Source: Minisyncoccota bacterium
Lineage (GTDB): Bacteria; Patescibacteriota; Minisyncoccia; UBA6257; 2-01-FULL-56-20
Assembly: GCA_035541435.1 (NCBI GenBank)
Contig: DATKNL010000002.1
Location: 67,962-131,961 of the forward strand
Length of the DNA stretch: 64,000 bases
Direction of reading: 5' to 3'
The position numbers and the translations under genes are program-made. How positions within the stretch are numbered: position 1 is the first letter of the stretch; each line of letters begins with the position of its first letter. A model generated the notes under the pieces. That model saw only the letters and a list, made by a program, of their open reading frames with translations, searched no databases and was not told the origin of the DNA. This document shows positions 63,181 to 64,000 of this stretch, one piece after another.

Positions 63181-63336
63181 GATTATCCTCCTGCCGCAGA
63201 GCGCGGCGCTAGCAGAGAATTTACTGACTACATCTTAGCACGAAGTCGAAACGGGCGCCCGCAAAGACTTCCAAGATATAAAGTGCATTCTAAACAAAAA
63301 ACGGCCATCCATAACGGATGGCCGAATGTTATTCCC

Positions 63337-63954
63337 CTACCAATATCCGGGATGCGCCCGCCGATTCGAAAGGCTTCCCTTGTGCCGCGGACCGGCAAAC
63401 GTAGGGAGAAGTTTGCTTTCGATGTCGCCAAGCAGCTGATCGAATTTCGCCTGAACCAGGAACTCGATCCACTGCGCCAGCTTCGGATGAGGCTCCGTCG
63501 TCCTGACCCCGGGGATCAGCGTGATGCCGAGGTGCCCTTGGCGAGGGCATTCGTCTCCCGAGTGGATCCTGGCCTTGTCGCACGCCACCGCGACTGTCCC
63601 CAGGTTTTCGGTCGTAAGCTGATTCGCGATCCGAAGGCCGGGCAGCGCCTGTTTGATCAGCAGATGGAACAGGAGGGACGGAAGCGCCGCTGAAAGAACG
63701 TCCGGCATCAGCGCCTTGTATCCGCATCCCTCACAGGCGAATCGAGCCTGACTCCACCCGTTGTCTGAAAGCGCGAGAAGGCCCCCGCAATGCGACGAAA
63801 CCATCTCGTAGCCTGATCCTTCTTCGGATTGCTCGTAAGAAACGATGCCCCAATGGACGAGCCGAGAAAGATGGCACGCATGCCACAGAAGCCCTCGAAG
63901 CTGGTCGTCGGTGGTCGAACCGGGCAATCGCTCCAGGTCGTCCCATGAGTGCAT
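63337..63954 (-). CDS. Hypothetical Cys/His-containing protein (possible zinc ribbon)
   Basis: 205 aa ORF with SHCGG...FACEGCG motifs. Confidence 0.5.
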   Translation of the reverse strand: MHSWDDLERLPGSTTDDQLRGLLWHACHLSRLVHWGIVSYEQSEEGSGYEMVSSHCGGLLALSDNGWSQARFACEGCGYKALMPDVLSAALPSLLFHLLIKQALPGLRIANQLTTENLGTVAVACDKARIHSGDECPRQGHLGITLIPGVRTTEPHPKLAQWIEFLVQAKFDQLLGDIESKLLPTFAGPRHKGSLSNRRAHPGYW

Positions 63955-64000
63955 GCCATGCGTCTCCGGAAGCTGAATAACGAACGTCGGCTCGAAAATG

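Overview
High-GC bacterial chromosome segment, standard genetic code. Gene content and streamlined proteins point to Patescibacteria (CPR), probably Parcubacteria/Paceibacteria; this placement is inference. The supporting features are short ProRS/ValRS/AlaRS, an FtsA-like plus baseplate-J-like pair, PEGA, CAP and DUF11 surface proteins, pilin fusions and CCA-less tRNA genes. Core loci: mreB-mreC-mreD-like-(pbp2 fragment), proS, recG, tsaD, tgt, valS, rpmB, infA-rpmJ-rpsM-rpsK-rpsD-rpoA-rplQ-rplM-rpsI, alaS, rpoD, dnaG and three tRNAs (Glu-TTC, Pro-GGG, Gly-CCC), interleaved with accessory genes. Most notable observations: (1) each tRNA gene is followed by a related non-coding element that starts with an antisense copy of the tRNA T-arm; two copies are complete and highly structured, one is truncated, and 40 bp are shared between the Pro and Gly copies; (2) a stand-alone ~120-nt 6S-like RNA with its own -10 box and terminator; (3) a head-to-head panD / CofE-like ligase pair, suggesting a non-pantothenate beta-alanine ligation pathway; (4) three type IV prepilins carrying large cargo domains (two NHL beta-propellers, one YHYH); (5) a rifampin-phosphotransferase-like dikinase with two phosphohistidine swivel domains; (6) RpoA lacking the alpha-CTD; (7) core genes look leaderless, while orphan genes are self-contained promoter-SD-ORF-terminator cassettes. 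No CRISPR array, integrase, transposase, reverse transcriptase or rRNA was seen. All calls come from reading motifs by eye; no searches were run.
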